From Malacoraja senta (lineage: Eukaryota): 64,000 nucleotides of DNA. A program made the translations under genes and the position numbers. The notes below the pieces were generated by a model that saw only the letters and a list, made by a program, of their open reading frames with translations, did no database searches and was not told the DNA's origin. The stretch is taken from the NCBI GenBank assembly GCA_038087875.1, contig CM075988.1, forward strand, positions 10,790,001 to 10,854,000, written 5' to 3'. Positions 34,463 to 47,880 of this stretch are shown piece by piece (positions within the stretch are counted from its first letter, which is position 1; the number at the start of each line of letters is the position of its first letter).

Positions 34463-35534
34463 TAACACAGGCAGGTGGGACTAGTGTAAATGGGATATGT
34501 TGGTTGGTGTGGGCAACTTGGTCGAAGGGCTTGTTTCCACACTGAATGACTCAATGACTCTAAGTTGGTGAGAGTTGTTGGGAAGATGCCAAACGTGCTA
34601 AACCTTCTAAGGAAGTAGAGGTGTTGGTGTGCTTTCTTGGCCATTGCTTCGATATGGATAGTTCAGGACAGTTGATGGTGATATTTATTCCTCGAAACTT
34701 GGATCCAGGATCTCTACTTTGGTGTCGTCAATTATACTGGGGTATAATTGACGACACCATTTTACTTTAAATGAGAAAACGGTTCAATGAAGTTATTATA
34801 AATGCTTAGCAAATAAACTGTTACATTTTTCTTCCCAACTTTCAAGCTTCTGCTGAAAAGACTAAATTTCCAGCCCCAAACATCTCACACGCGAGGATGG
34901 GTAGGAATTGATGGGTGAACAGAAAAAAAGTGGAACATTTAAAACACTGCCCCCAGCTGACTCTAATATACCTGTTTCTGGTTTAACTGAGGGCAAGCAA
35001 GGAGTTGAATAACAACCCTGCTTGAATGAGCAGTTCATTCAGGTCATCATGGTGAAGTTATCCAGAATCAATCCCACTTTCCAGCATTTTCACCATTGAC
35101 TTTATTGAGATACATTTCAAAACTTTAATTGCATGTTATCCATTCAATTCATATTATGCATGAGTAAAATCAAGCCATGCATAAGTACAATAGGTAGTGC
35201 AAAGAGAAAATTACCAGTGTGCAGTGTACAGCGTTCCAGCATTATTGTGTTACAGTGTTAGAGAAAGGGCAGAGAGAAAATAGTGAAGGTCCACAATGAG
35301 GTAGTTTGGAAGATCAGGACTACACTCTCACTTAAGGGAGGACCATTCAGCTGTCTGATAACAATATGTATGACATGGCTTAGTGAGTGCTGTGGCAGCG
35401 TAACTGGGAACAGTAAAGTATTTGAACACAGCAATATGAGAAGATGGGCAGTGGGTTAAAATAATGGCAGCCTTGGGATTTATGACCAGTTATAGACTGG
35501 AGTTTATGAGGATGTTTCCAGGAATTCTCGGACT

Positions 35535-36215
35535 GGAGGCCTGTGACTATTCGTGTGCCTCAGGGTTCAGTGCTGGGCCTGTTACTGTTTGTCATCTACA
35601 TCACTGATTTGGATGAGAACATACAGGGCAAGATTAGCAAGTTTGCTGATGATACAAAAGTGAATGGTTTTGCAGATAGTGAAGATGGTTGTGAAAGATT
35701 GCAGCAGGATCTGGATCGATTGGCCAGGTGGGCAAAGGAATGGTTGATGGAATTTAATACAGAGAAGTGTGAGGTGTTGCATTTTGGGATGTCAAACAAG
35801 GGCAGGACCTACACAGTAAATGGTAGGTCTCTGGGTAGTGTTGTAGAGCAGAGGGATCTAGGAGTACAGGTGCATGGTTCCTTGAAGGTTGAGTTGCAGG
35901 TAGATAAGGTGGTCAAAAAGGCTTTTGGTATTTAGGCCTTCATCAGTCAGTGTATTGAGTTTAGATGTTGGGAGCTCATGTTGCAGTTGGATAAGACGTT
36001 GGTGAGACCACATTTAGAATATTGTGTTCAGTTTTAGGCACCATGTTAGAGGAAAGATATTGTCAAGCTTGAAAGGGTTCAGAGGATGTTGCCAGGACTA
36101 GAGGGTGTGAGCTATAGGCAGATGTTGAGTAGGCTGGGTCTCTATTCCATGGAATGCAAGAGGATGAGGAGGAATCTTACGGAGGTGTACAAAATCATGA
36201 GAGGAACAGATCATG
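35535..36215 (+). mobile_element. CR1/HER1 LINE ORF2 fragment
   Basis: [31 protein letters not shown]. Confidence 0.88.
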
Positions 36216-37625
36216 TTTACCGTACCTACACTGTTTTCAATTTTTATAACTCAATGACGTCACCTTTCAGTCTTAACTGTTTCGAAGAAAATGACACCAG
36301 CCCATTCAATTATTCCTCATACAGGTTTCCATTGCTAGCAATATTCTTATCAATCTCAACTGCATCCCCTCCAATATAGTCACACATTTTTTAATTCTGT
36401 AAAATAGTGACCAGCACACAAACTGTGGTCAGTCTGCAGAGAGGTACCAAACTGAAATGTCACCTATCCATCTTCTCTAGAAGTGCTGCCTGGCCTGCTG
36501 ATTTACTCCAGCATTTTGTGCCTAACAGATGTTGTGTACAATTCTAGCAGAACCTCTCCACTTACATTCTATATCACAGCTGATAAAGGAACATTTTAAA
36601 CAACCCTATCTATCTGCCTTGCGATGATAAAGGGTCGGTGGACATGCACTCCTTCACATATTTTTTCCCATTTATTATATTTCTCTTTGTATTTTTGCAC
36701 ATCCACAAATGTATCTCCTCAAACATCTCTGGATTAAATTCCATTTGGTGTTTATCTGCCCAACTGACCTGACCATTTGTACAATGAGCTAGAAAAATGT
36801 ACTCCTAAATTTGTGATTTGTTTTTATCATCTGTTTTCTTATCATGCCTCTGTATTTATAAACTCCTTCAAACAAGGAACCAAGTTCTGAGCTTTGTGGA
36901 ACCCATTAGCAGCAGTCTTCCAATCACCTGTCAATTATTACCCTTTGCATCCAAACACTGAACCATTGGTGGATCTAATTTGTTAGCTGACAAAGAAGAG
37001 ATTTAAGAAGGACATTCAGGGCAATTTTTTCATTCAGAGGTAGTCCATATCTGGAATGACCAACCAGATTATGTCATAGAAGTGGATCCAATTATGATTT
37101 AAATATGTATTTGAACAGAAATGTGGACAGGAAGGGTATGGAAGGTTATGAGCCTCATGCAGGCAAATGGAACTTGCCCAATATGCCAATGTGTTCCAAC
37201 AAAAACCTGCCGAGTGTTTCCTAACCAGAAGCCTTAGATGAACCATGAGATCTGCATTCTTCTGAAGACCAGATCCCGGGCATTCAGGTCTGGTGATGCA
37301 GAGGTCCTTAAGAAGTCCAGACATGACCTTGACAAGGCCATCGAAAAGGCCAAAAGGGACCTGCTCTAAGCTGGAGGATGAGGCAGATGTTTGCCAACTG
37401 TGGCAGGGCTTGAATGCCATCCTTCAGCCATCAGGCTATTAAACAAATAAGCTCTGAACTACAATAGATTATTATTATTATTGCACTATAATTGTTTGTT
37501 TATTGAGTATGTGTGTATGTGTATATGTACACACTGAACTTTTTTTCTCCCGTTATGTACTATCTTTACGTATTCTGTTGTGCTGCAGCAAGTAAGAATT
37601 TAATTGTTCTATCTGGGACAGCATA

Positions 37626-38447
37626 TCATATAATTATTAACGGTAATATTTTTACATTTTCTGATTCACATTTTTCCCCTCTAGGCAAAGATTACCTTCA
37701 CTGAACATTTTATGCTTTACTTATCGACTTATTACTGATTAAAGTTTTAAAAAATCAAAAGACTTTGAATTTAAAACGACCAGCTTCAACTGATGATGTC
37801 ACAATGACTCGGCTAGCAGTGATCAGCTTCACTGAAGATTTCATCTTATATTTCACATTATTCATGATTAAACTTTAAAAATGCCAACTTTCACAAGATT
37901 TTTACATTTTGATTCACATTTTTTCCCGTTAGGCAGAGAGCACCTTCATTGAACATTTTATGCTTTATTTCTCAACTTATTACTAATTAAAGTTTTTTTA
38001 AAGATCAAAAGACTTTGAATTTAAAATGATCAGGTTCAAATGATGATGTCACAGTGGCTCGGCTAGCAGTAATCAGCTTTACTGAAGATTTCATCCTATA
38101 TTTCACAAGTTATTTGCGATTAAAACTTTTAAAAATGCAAACTTTCACAGGATTTTTACTGTTAAAATCATTCCTGCTAGCTTCCAACACACTGCGATAC
38201 AATGTTGTGACACAGGAACACTGAACTTTTCACCTCAAAGGAGGAGGAGGGCGAATTTCTATTGCAACACGCAGGGCAAGTGAAATTGGGATTTTTTTTT
38301 AAGCCCACTGCTGAGGGAGGCAAGGGTGTGCTGGAATCTTATGTTCAGGAACGGCTTGAGTTGGAGGACCACGCCTCCCGTGAGGCCTACGGGTGGGGAA
38401 CGGGTGCGTTGGGGGAGCAGACCCCAACGGGTCTGCACTTGGTCTAG
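37626..38447 (+). mobile_element. Non-autonomous Helitron with an internal ~250-bp tandem duplication
   Basis: A|TC start at 37626; 3' hairpin GCAGACCC-CAAC-GGGTCTGC (38417-38436) followed by CTAG|T (38444-38447); no TSD; sits in a LINE 3' tail; repeat units start at ~37648 and ~37898. Confidence 0.8.
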
Positions 38448-41400
38448 TATTACAATAAAACTCTTGACTCTTGACTTGACTTTGTTGGCATGGACAAGAT
38501 GGGCCATGTTCATGCCAACTAAGTTGGCATGAACATGTTTTCATCCTGTGTAGCTCTATGACTCAAGCTATCTCTTTGTTCTTCATGCAGTTTTGATAAT
38601 TATTGATTTTAGCTGCTGATATTTTATTTCATGCCCTTACTTTGCTTTCCAAATTTTCATCCCCAATTTTTTAATAATCATCAAGGATTCCAGGAGTATT
38701 CAATTCGCAATATCTTTTTTTGTTATATTTTTGCCTCAGAGGACCTTGTAGGCCAAGGTTACTAGATTAAGTAGTCTATCTGTTTAATCTGTGGGAATAC
38801 ATTAAATCTCCTTCTTCAGACTGGCTTATCAAAATGTAGCTGGCTCTAGATACACTAATTCCAGTCCAATTTTGCTAAATCACTCCTTAGTCAAAAAATC
38901 TGGCTTCACTCCAGTTTAGAAATTTTACTCCCATTTTATCTTTGTCCTTTTTGACAACTAGCTTTAATTGAATTATTATACTAAAATTGACATTCTAACC
39001 AATTCCAAATGCTTGTATATACAATGATCCCCTTATAATTCAGTTAAGTGGTAAATGCAAGCTGAGTTTATATTTGGAATAGGAATTTGGACTTCAAATC
39101 TCCTGGGCATGCTCTTCCATTTCTTATGTGGTCAGCTTTCTTTCCAAGTTACGTAAATAAAAATCGCTTTTAGGAATACATTAGGCAGGTTTCTTCCGGA
39201 TGATCTTTAGGTGTTAGGGACAGACATTTTAATAAGTCTTTTTTTTCAAGATGTCATTGGTTGACAATGATTGTTGCAAAAATTAGGAACAGCGTGTGAA
39301 GAATTACAATTGTAAAACATTCTCACACAATTCTATAGGAGAATTTAAACCTGCAACCTGATGACTCAGGCGTGCGATTCTTCATAGGTGACATGTTCAT
39401 ATATAAAAATAAATTTGAGGCGTGTGTTTATCCAATAGTGGCCTTAATACCCAAACTTAAAGCACCAGATTTTAAATTTAATGATCACGTCAGGTGGTGT
39501 GTTGGCTTTGGCTCATAGCCAGCACTTCTGTCTGACAGTCATAAGATTGTGCAAAGGCAAGTTCCAGTCTGATGTGTACGTCAAGGCTATTTCTTCAATG
39601 CAGGTGCGTGGGAGTGTGCTCCATTACTGGAAATGAGTGGGGAAACGTTTGGCCAGCTGACAGCTCATCCACAAGACCTAAAATGACATCTGTTGAAAGA
39701 CCATACACCCTTACCAGGTAAATCATACCAGATACCACACTCGAGATGGTATGAGTGTAAATGGTAGAAGTGCCTGCCAGTGATGAGCAGAGGAGGCAAA
39801 TGAAGAGATCAGTCATGGAGTGAATTTAGACGCCCTACAGATAGCACCTGTAGTCAGGATCGAACCTGGGTTTCTGGCGCTGGAAGGCAGTAGCTCTACC
39901 ACTTCACCACTGTGCCGCCCACACTGGTAGCACCAAATTACTCGCAATCTATGATACACTTTCCAGAGCCAGATTTAAACTTTTAGAGAAAGGGTCTCGA
40001 CCCAAAACATTGCCCGTTCATCCCTTCCCCAGATATTGCCTGACCTGCTGGAATTCCTCCAACACTTTGTGTTTTGCTCAAAATGTCAGCATCTGCAGTT
40101 TCTTGTACCTCCTTTAGAATCTTCGCCCCTGCTCTCTTTCACATGAGGGACGAAGGTCTGTCTGCTCTCTTTAATGATGGATTTCTGCAGGGATGTACTT
40201 CCAATATTCTACTATCGGTCCTTCAACCAAGATTACTGAAACAGAGCAGCCAGTCATTCATTTCAGCTGTTTGTGGATTTTTGCATTATTCAGATTAACG
40301 ACCCCATCCAGCAATGACTGCACTTTAGAGTTAATAATCTGGCTTTGAGTTGTTCTGAGATAGGCTCTTTTCACATAGCTAATAATATATTTTAACAGCA
40401 TCTCTGTGGCTGCTATAATTATCTTTGATTGTAAACGATACAAATTTCAATTGCCAGGCAGGTACAAGGCAATGTGAATGATTCTCTTATAATTGTGCAC
40501 CAATGGTTATTATGGGAATTATTGGTTACGTTTCCAAAGAGACAGTTTTGCTACAAATTCATGGGAGGTTTTAATGTGAGGAACAACGTGGGAGTATCAG
40601 CATGAGATAAAAGATCATAACAAAATGGAATTAATGTTGCAGTCTGGACCATTTGTAATTAATCAGACATCATCTATAATCAGTGAATGGTTTGTGTAGG
40701 CAATGGTGCATTACCTTCACATGCTGCAGGATTTTTAATGGGAAAACTCACAAGTGCCAACCAGGAGATAGAAGGGATCATCAGTAAATGCCAGCACTAA
40801 TTATTTCAGGAAGACGACCTTCGAATGTTATTATAAAGTGGAAAAAGAGCAGGTCAACAGAATCCAACAGCTTACAATTTGAGCTGGAAGGACATATGTT
40901 GAATGGCAAGCCCACTGGTTTTATACGGATGATGGATCTGATTTATCAATTGCTGGAGTGATGGAGGAATGCTAACCTCAGCTCAAGGGAACCTAATGGT
41001 TATAGAATAAAGATTTCAAATGTCAACAATTACCAGAGAGACTTGGATTAAATGTGGTAACTCACCACTAAATTGGTGCACTATATCTTCTCTAAACACA
41101 AGATCCAATATTAAATACTGCAATAAATATCCTCTGTACAAAAACATATATACTCCAGTCAATGAAGCATATTGAGCGTTGTTAGTGAGAGAACAATGTT
41201 AATATTCATTGAGCTAGTGAATGAATCCAAGGATCATCCTACAGGAGAGTAAATGAGGAATGAGTCGAGTGTTATCAGATGGCGAAGGCTAAGTGAAAGG
41301 ATTATGTGTTAACTTCCCTTTTTGAAATATATGGGCTGAATGTCAATGTTGATCTCCGTACCCTTAGCAGGATAAGCTGCGAAGAGTGCAGCACTCATTC

Positions 41401-42528
41401 ATTCAACAGGCACTGTACAACACATCTCCTTTACACAGTGGAGAAAAGGTTTGGGAAGTGGAGGTGTGAAATGATAGTACACACAGGACACTTCGAAAGT
41501 ATCTCACAGTTCCAACATTTGTCTTTTCCTTTCACCTCCATTCCGATTCATTTCCTTCCACTGACACTTCCTCCACACAGATCGGCTGTTATTAACAAGC
41601 CTTCACTACCCTCTCTCAGCTGGTTCCATACCACTTGTGTCATTCAATCTCACTTGGTCTCAACCCCATCACAGTAATTCCACTTGTCCTCCCCTCTCCC
41701 CACCCACCCCTCTTCCCACTCTTATCTGCAACCTAACATATTTTTTTCCCCTAATTCGGATGAAAATGTAACTCTGTTAACAGGTCAAAAGCATCTGTGG
41801 GGAGTTAAGTTTTCCAGCATTTTCTGTTTTTATTTTAGATCCTTCAGACCCCATTTCATACAAGAGAGTTGCCAAGCTTCTAATATTTCGCATGTCTTCT
41901 CAACGTACTGTGCAGGAATGAAGTGCTCCACTTACGAACCAAGAACTAAGGATCGCCAGACTGGGCTGTAAGTAATTAATCAGCTCCCTGATCAAAGTGG
42001 AAGATCATCAAACTGTCCCCCTGAATCTGTCGAGGAAACCAATGAGATTTTGCAACTTAATGATTAAAACAAACTTCCATTCACAAGTAAGTGGGAGATG
42101 TAGGGATTGAAATTTTCACGGGTCACCAAATATTGGATTTCACATCGGATTGACGTTGGATTGATGAACTGTGTTCAACAGTGAGCAAAATTGCATTTGT
42201 AGGTCAGGCCACTACAACAGCAATAGTACTGCTCAGGTAAGTGTGAAGTGTAAGTAGAAAGGGTAGGAAATGGGGGTCTGTAGGTGATGGTGGTGCGGGG
42301 ACAGATACCATCAGAAAGGGAGAACAGGAAAAAAGTGGCCGCAAAACGGTGAGGAGTGATGACTGATGAGGCTAGTTTTGGTGATTATGGAGGGCAGAGA
42401 AGGGGATTGGTTGATGGTGACTTGGTGGGCAATGATAGTAAAGGTAGGCTCAACTAGGACGCTCTTTATTCTTTCTGGTGAACAGAAAAGATTCCATTGG
42501 AATCCTTGGAACACTTCATCCTGCCTAA

Positions 42529-42740
42529 AGGGCCTGTCCCACTTGGGCGTCATTTGCACGTCATTTACGCGACAACATTTATGCGTCACGACGCGTGCGT
42601 CGTGACGCACACGTGATGCGCGCATGGTGACGTAGGCAGTGTCGCGTGGATGCGCGCGCCGCCCCAGGATTTTGGGATGTACAAAATCTTTGCGCGCCAT
42701 CAGCGTGACGTGCAAATGACGCCCAAGTGGGACAGGCCCT
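42529..42740. mobile_element. PIF/Harbinger-type MITE (212 bp)
   Basis: 35-bp TIR AGGGCCTGTCCCACTTGGGCGTCATTTGCACGTCA, exact TAA TSD, CpG-rich interior. Confidence 0.9.
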
Positions 42741-44189
42741 TAACACTTCACGGAAGCAGATGATCTGGTTATTTCTCTTCTTGCTCATTGTGGGATCTTG
42801 CTATGATCGCTCTGTTGTAGTGTTCTCGCACACTTTCATTCCTTACTTTTCAAAAACTGTAAAATACAAAGTCTTTTGGATTGCCTGAAAATATGACCAG
42901 CAATCCATAAAAACAAGTTTTCCTTTCTATTGAAGATAAACAGAAAATGCTGGAGTAACTCAACGGGTCAGGCAGCATCTCTGGAGGAAAAGGAATAGGT
43001 AACGTTGCGGCTCCGAACCCTTCTTCACACCCATTCCATTTCATATTTTCCTCTTTCTTTCCATTATTTTGTTTGAATTTATATACAGTATCATAAAATT
43101 TACTGTTAGAAAAATATATCTCTGCTTGTTCCTTGTCCGTTGCAGCCTAATTATTTAAGAACACGAGAATAGATGGAGCTATAATACGTCACAAGGTTCC
43201 TCAAGCCTGTTCCATAATTCAACAGGACTGCAGATAATCTGTGACCTCAATTTCATATTCACAATGAATCCCAATATCCCTTCTTTCATTTACACACCAA
43301 AAATCGATTGATTTCCCCCTTAAACATAAATAGTAAGCATCCACAACATTTTGATTTGGTAATTCCAAGAGACACAACCCTCAAGTGACGACATTTCTAT
43401 CATCTGTATTACATTGGCTGCCCCTTAAATTGAGATCTTGGCATTCATCTATCATACTCTCTCAGAATCTTAGATATTTCCATGAGATCAGCTCTCATTC
43501 TTTAAACTCTACCCAACTTGCTGTGTATCTGTATGGAATCTATTTGAGTTCTAACATATAATATTTTCTCATGGTAAGGCATGCTGGCCGAAACATTCTT
43601 CAACACAAAATGCATCAATATTTCTTGAGAAATCTGTTTGTTTCTTTTCATTTATTCTTCAGAATGTGGGTGCTATTGACAAGGTCAGTGTTTTTAGCTC
43701 ATCCCAAATTGATCTTGAGGTGGAGGCGGTGGTGGAATTTTTTCTTCTGATGAAGGTACTGCCACAATATAGTTGTGTAGGAAATTCCAGGATCTCGTCC
43801 CAAAATGTAGCAGGAACATTCATATCTCTCTGAGTTCGGATGGTAGATATGCCTTAGAAGGTGGTCTTGGGATGGTTGTTTATCTATGTACCAAAACCCC
43901 TTGTCCCACTTGGTGGTAGAGGTCACAGGTTTCTATAGGTCTGCCATATTAGCCACAAACAGTAGCTACAATGGATTTGTAGATAGCACACACTGTGCTC
44001 CCATGGAGATGAGAATGAATGTTCAGGGTGCTCGATAGAATGACAATCAAAGCAAATACTTTGTCCTGTTTTGCTGTTGAATATGTTGAGTGTTGTTTGA
44101 GTTGCACCCACCCATGGAAGAGGAGAGTATTCCACAAGAGAGAACTCCTCTCTTCCAGCTCTTCCCCCACCCACCCCCAACTATCCCCA

Positions 44190-44432
44190 ACAAGGATCCA
44201 ATTTGTGATTCCAGCTACCAAGACAGATGTGTACAGCAATTCATTCTTCCCCCGCACAATTACAGCATGGAATAATCTCCACCCTACTTTAGTTACCCAA
44301 CCAGATGCAACTAAATTTAAGGTAGCTCTTTCTTCCCAAAACCCTTTCTGGCTTAAGTCCTCCCTCCAACACCTCCAGTTTAAATTCCATTTGGAATATT
44401 TTGGAGGACCAAGAAACAAGAACCAAGAACTA
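44190..44432 (+). mobile_element. LINE (L2/CR1 group) 3' end
   Basis: KTDVYSNSFFPRTITAWNNL ORF2 C-terminal motif and (ACCAAGA)n-like tail. Confidence 0.65.
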
Positions 44433-45704
44433 CAATCAGTCTGTAGAAGGGTTCTGACTCGAAATGTCGCCTATCCATGTTCTGCAGAGATGCTGTTTGA
44501 CCCGCTGAGTTACACCAGCACTTTGTGTTTTCATTGGAAAACCAGCATCTGCAGTTCATGGTTTCTACCACTCTCCTCTTAACACTCTTAACATGCATTG
44601 CAGATGGGGGGGGGGGAGAAGTTTTTTGTATCAGATGAGTCACTCGCCATAGGATGCCCAGGATGTTCAGCTGAGGTCTTAGTCAATCGATGATTAATCT
44701 CTCACCACCACAACCATCTTTTTTTAATTGGAGATTGAACCATTGGATACCACACGCCTGGTGCCCATTGACTTCAGTGTTACGAGGGCTCCTTGATAAC
44801 ACAATTGCTGTATGTTAACAAACTTGTTGAATTGTTATCAAGAACAGTTATGCTCACCTCACCTCGGTAATTTAGTTCTGTAGTCCATGTTTGGAATAAG
44901 TCTGTGATGAGTTCTGGAGTTGAGTGGTCCTGGTGTAACCCAAGGTTGGCATCAACAGTTAATGATTGAAGATAGTACTGTTTTATAGCACTGTTAGGGA
45001 CAGTTTCCTTCATTATGCTGACAATTAGTCACAGTCGTACAGCATAGAAATAGGCCATTTGAACCAATTTGTCTATGTTGATCATTATGCCTATCAGTAT
45101 TAGTGTAATTTGCCTGCATTAATTATATGTACCTCTGTGCATCCCTCATGCAAATGCCCATTCAGATGCCTGTTGTTTTGTTACTGTTTGTCGCCACCAC
45201 TTTCTCTGGTAGCTCATTCCAAATACCAATTACTCTTTGTGTGTCTTGTTTCCCTTTATACCTGGTCCCTCTCCATCATGTCCTCAAGTTTGTGACACTC
45301 TGACCATGGGAAACAGACTGTGGCTTTCAACCATCTATTCCCTCTCCTAATTTTATATACCTTGTCCATGTCACTTCTCAGTCTCCTTTGCTCCAAGAAA
45401 ATCAGACGCACCCTATTCAATCTCTCCTTATAACTCAAGCCCTTCAATCATGGTGAATCTTTCGTGCATCCTCTCCACCGTCATAACATCTTACCTGTAG
45501 TGTGATAATCGGAACTGCTCACAGTACCACAGAAGACGCTGGTCCAGAAGCTGCTCAGAATAAAGCTGAAGCAGCGGTGTGTGGGCTGTGTTCGCGGGCG
45601 AGGGCTATGAGCACGACAGGTGCTGGGGATGGAGCAGCTGAGTGAGTCCGGAGCCGGGTCCTGGAGCCAGGAGGCCGGCCGGGGCCGGGAACCTGTGAGC
45701 CCAC

Positions 45705-46042
45705 ACACCCCCCTCCCCTACACCCCACCCCTCCCCTACAACACCCCCTCCCCTACACCCCCTTACACCCTCTCACTCCCTACACCGCCCTCCCCTACTC
45801 CCCCTCCCCTATACCCCCCTCCCCCACACCCCCTCCCCAACACTCCCCTCCCCTACACCCCCTCCCGTATACCCCCCTCCCCTATATCCCCTCTCCTACA
45901 CCCCCCCTCCCCTACACCCCCTCCCCAACACCCCCCTCCCCTACAGCCCCCCCCTCCCCCACAGCCCCCCTCCCCCACAATCCCCTCCCCACAACCCTCC
46001 CCCCACCACCCACTTCTCACACAACCCCACACCCCCCTCCCT
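45705..46042 (+). repeat. C-rich minisatellite, (CCCCTCCCCTACAC)-like
   Basis: Directly visible degenerate tandem array. Confidence 0.9.
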
Positions 46043-46063
46043 AACGGGTCCCACTTAGTCTAG
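46043..46063 (+). mobile_element. Helitron 3' terminus (half hairpin plus CTAG)
   Basis: AACGGGTCCCACTTAGTCTAG|T parallels AACGGGTCTGCACTTGGTCTAG|T at 38426-38447. Confidence 0.6.
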
Positions 46064-46538
46064 TTGTCATATATATCCGTAGAAATGATTTATAAACTAC
46101 TAGGTGAGAGTAAATGTTCGGCACGGATTAGAAGGGCCAAGATGGACTATTTCCGTGCTGTAATTGTTATATGGTTATATGATTTCCAGTTTAGATAATC
46201 ATTTCGTAAGAGAATTCAAGATCATTACATAATATTTCAAAATCTATTCTGTTATGTAATGGGAAATCTGCTATTGTTTACATAGAAGTCTATTCCCATA
46301 TTACCACACCACACAAGATCTTTGCATATCTATCATTATTTTGTCAGCATGTGCTTATTTGCTCTTTGGATCTCTTTCCCTAACCCCTATATATCTTCTT
46401 GGCCTGAAACTCATGGCTTTAAGATAGTCTGCATTATAGAATCATATAATCATAGAGTCATGGAGAAGCCCCTTTGGCCCATTGTCAACCTCAACCATCA
46501 AGCTCCTTCCTATACCCAAATCACCTTCCCTTATCATG

Positions 46539-47268
46539 TAGGTATGTTACAAAACTTACCTTCAGCAGCGCTGCAGTTCTGCCACTGGCCGTGTGCGCGA
46601 CTTTGGCGCCTTTGAGGGGGGGGGGGGGTGGGGGGCGGGGTTAAAATGCGGTTTTTCTCCTGCCTGTCCTGGATATATTTTCTCGGGCTGCCAGCTAATG
46701 CTGAAGAATTGTTCCGACTGCCGTTCTGTGAATTAAACACTAAATTCCTTCCATTTAGCCTATAAATTCATGACAATGAGATTTAAAAATCATGTTATAT
46801 TGTGAATTCTTGTGTGAATGTTATTTGGACACTTAGGCTATTTAAAAATGTTAATCTTTTCTTAAGAAATGTATAGATGTTTAGATCTAGTAATTGAATT
46901 TTGTAATTAGCTACAATTAGGTAACTAACTAATTATATGCTTTAATTTCAGGTCATCCAAGTAAGATTGTTTCATATTTGTTTCAGAATGCTTCAATCTA
47001 TAATAACTGAAAATTTCTTTCAGTTCTCTTAATTTTTAAGAAAGTTATGGGCTTTTGACTGTCCTCGATCACAGCTTTTGTGTTAAGTCAATGGAAAAGC
47101 AATAGGGAACAAGATGCTAATTTCCGAGTATAAAAATGGCCATATCCTTTTTAATACTGAAGATATGAAAGTGAATTAGGTGTCAAATTAAACTTATTTG
47201 TATGCTTTATCTGATGGGATAAATTGCAGAATTGATTTTTAAAATCTCAAAATGTTGTAACATTGCTA
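46539..47268. mobile_element. Non-autonomous TIR DNA transposon with 7-bp TSD (hAT/hATw-like)
   Basis: Ends TAGGTATGTTACAA / TTGTAACATTGCTA; TATCATG duplicated at 46532-46538 and 47269-47275; interrupts a LINE 3' tail. Confidence 0.7.
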
Positions 47269-47419
47269 TATCATGCATCTATACACAGTAAATAGCTCAA
47301 TTGTGTACCGCCTTCTCGAAGATTGGATAGCACACAACATAAGGTTTTCACAATAAACTAAACTGAAACTAAACACCACACCACTGGCAACCATCAACAA
47401 ATTCACCAATCTAGGATAT

Positions 47420-47641
47420 ATGGTGGGAAGGAACTGCAAATGCTGGTTTATACCGAAGATAGACACAAAATGCTGGAGTAATTCAGCGGGACAGGCAGCA
47501 TCTCTGCAGAAAGGGAATGGGTAACATATTGGGTCGAGACTGTTCTTCTGAAGAAGGGTCTCGACCAGAAACGTCACCCATTCCTTCTCCCCAGAGATGC
47601 TGCATGTCCCACTGAGTTTCTCCAGCATTTTGTGTCTATCT
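47420..47641. repeat. Fold-back Penelope pLTR-derived repeat with hammerhead-like core
   Basis: ~90-bp inverted arms; CTGAAGAAGGGTCTCGACCAGAAACGTC at 47548-47575. Confidence 0.7.
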
Positions 47642-47659
47642 GGGATATATGATGACAGA

Positions 47660-47880
47660 TAGACTCTCTCCGGATGATTTCATGTATGGAAAAGGTAGCA
47701 ATCACCTTCAGGAGGCTAACCAAGTGGGCATGGAAGAACAGGAAACTCACTATCAAGACCTAAATAGCTGTCCACAAAGTGTGCGTTTTGAACACATTAC
47801 TGTACAGCAGTGAAGCTTGGTTGACTTATCTACATCATGACCGGAAATTGAATAATTTTCATTTCCACTGTCTTCGTCAC
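47660..47880 (+). mobile_element. RTE-type LINE fragment
   Basis: VLNTLLYSSEAW...KLNNFH..CLR matches the RTE ORF post-RT motif. Confidence 0.6.

Larger units (their letters stand above)
31735..34737 (-). mobile_element. Rex1/L2-like LINE 3' portion (31735-32238 and 34562-34737), host of nested insertions
   Basis: KKAHQHLYFLRR and TSRFRDSFLPAVIRQLN motifs on the - strand; AAGTT repeated at both interruption points. Confidence 0.7.

Noticed and set aside
37648..38160. CRISPR-like or stand-alone satellite array
   Set aside because: Only two long units without spacers, inside a Helitron, in eukaryotic DNA.
39715..39773. 59-bp minus-strand exon-like segment (CAG|...CTG|GTAAGG)
   Set aside because: No recognisable peptide and no partner exons; not distinguishable from chance.
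45620..46063. 147-aa proline-rich ORF
   Set aside because: Translation of the C-rich minisatellite; no true ATG start or domain.
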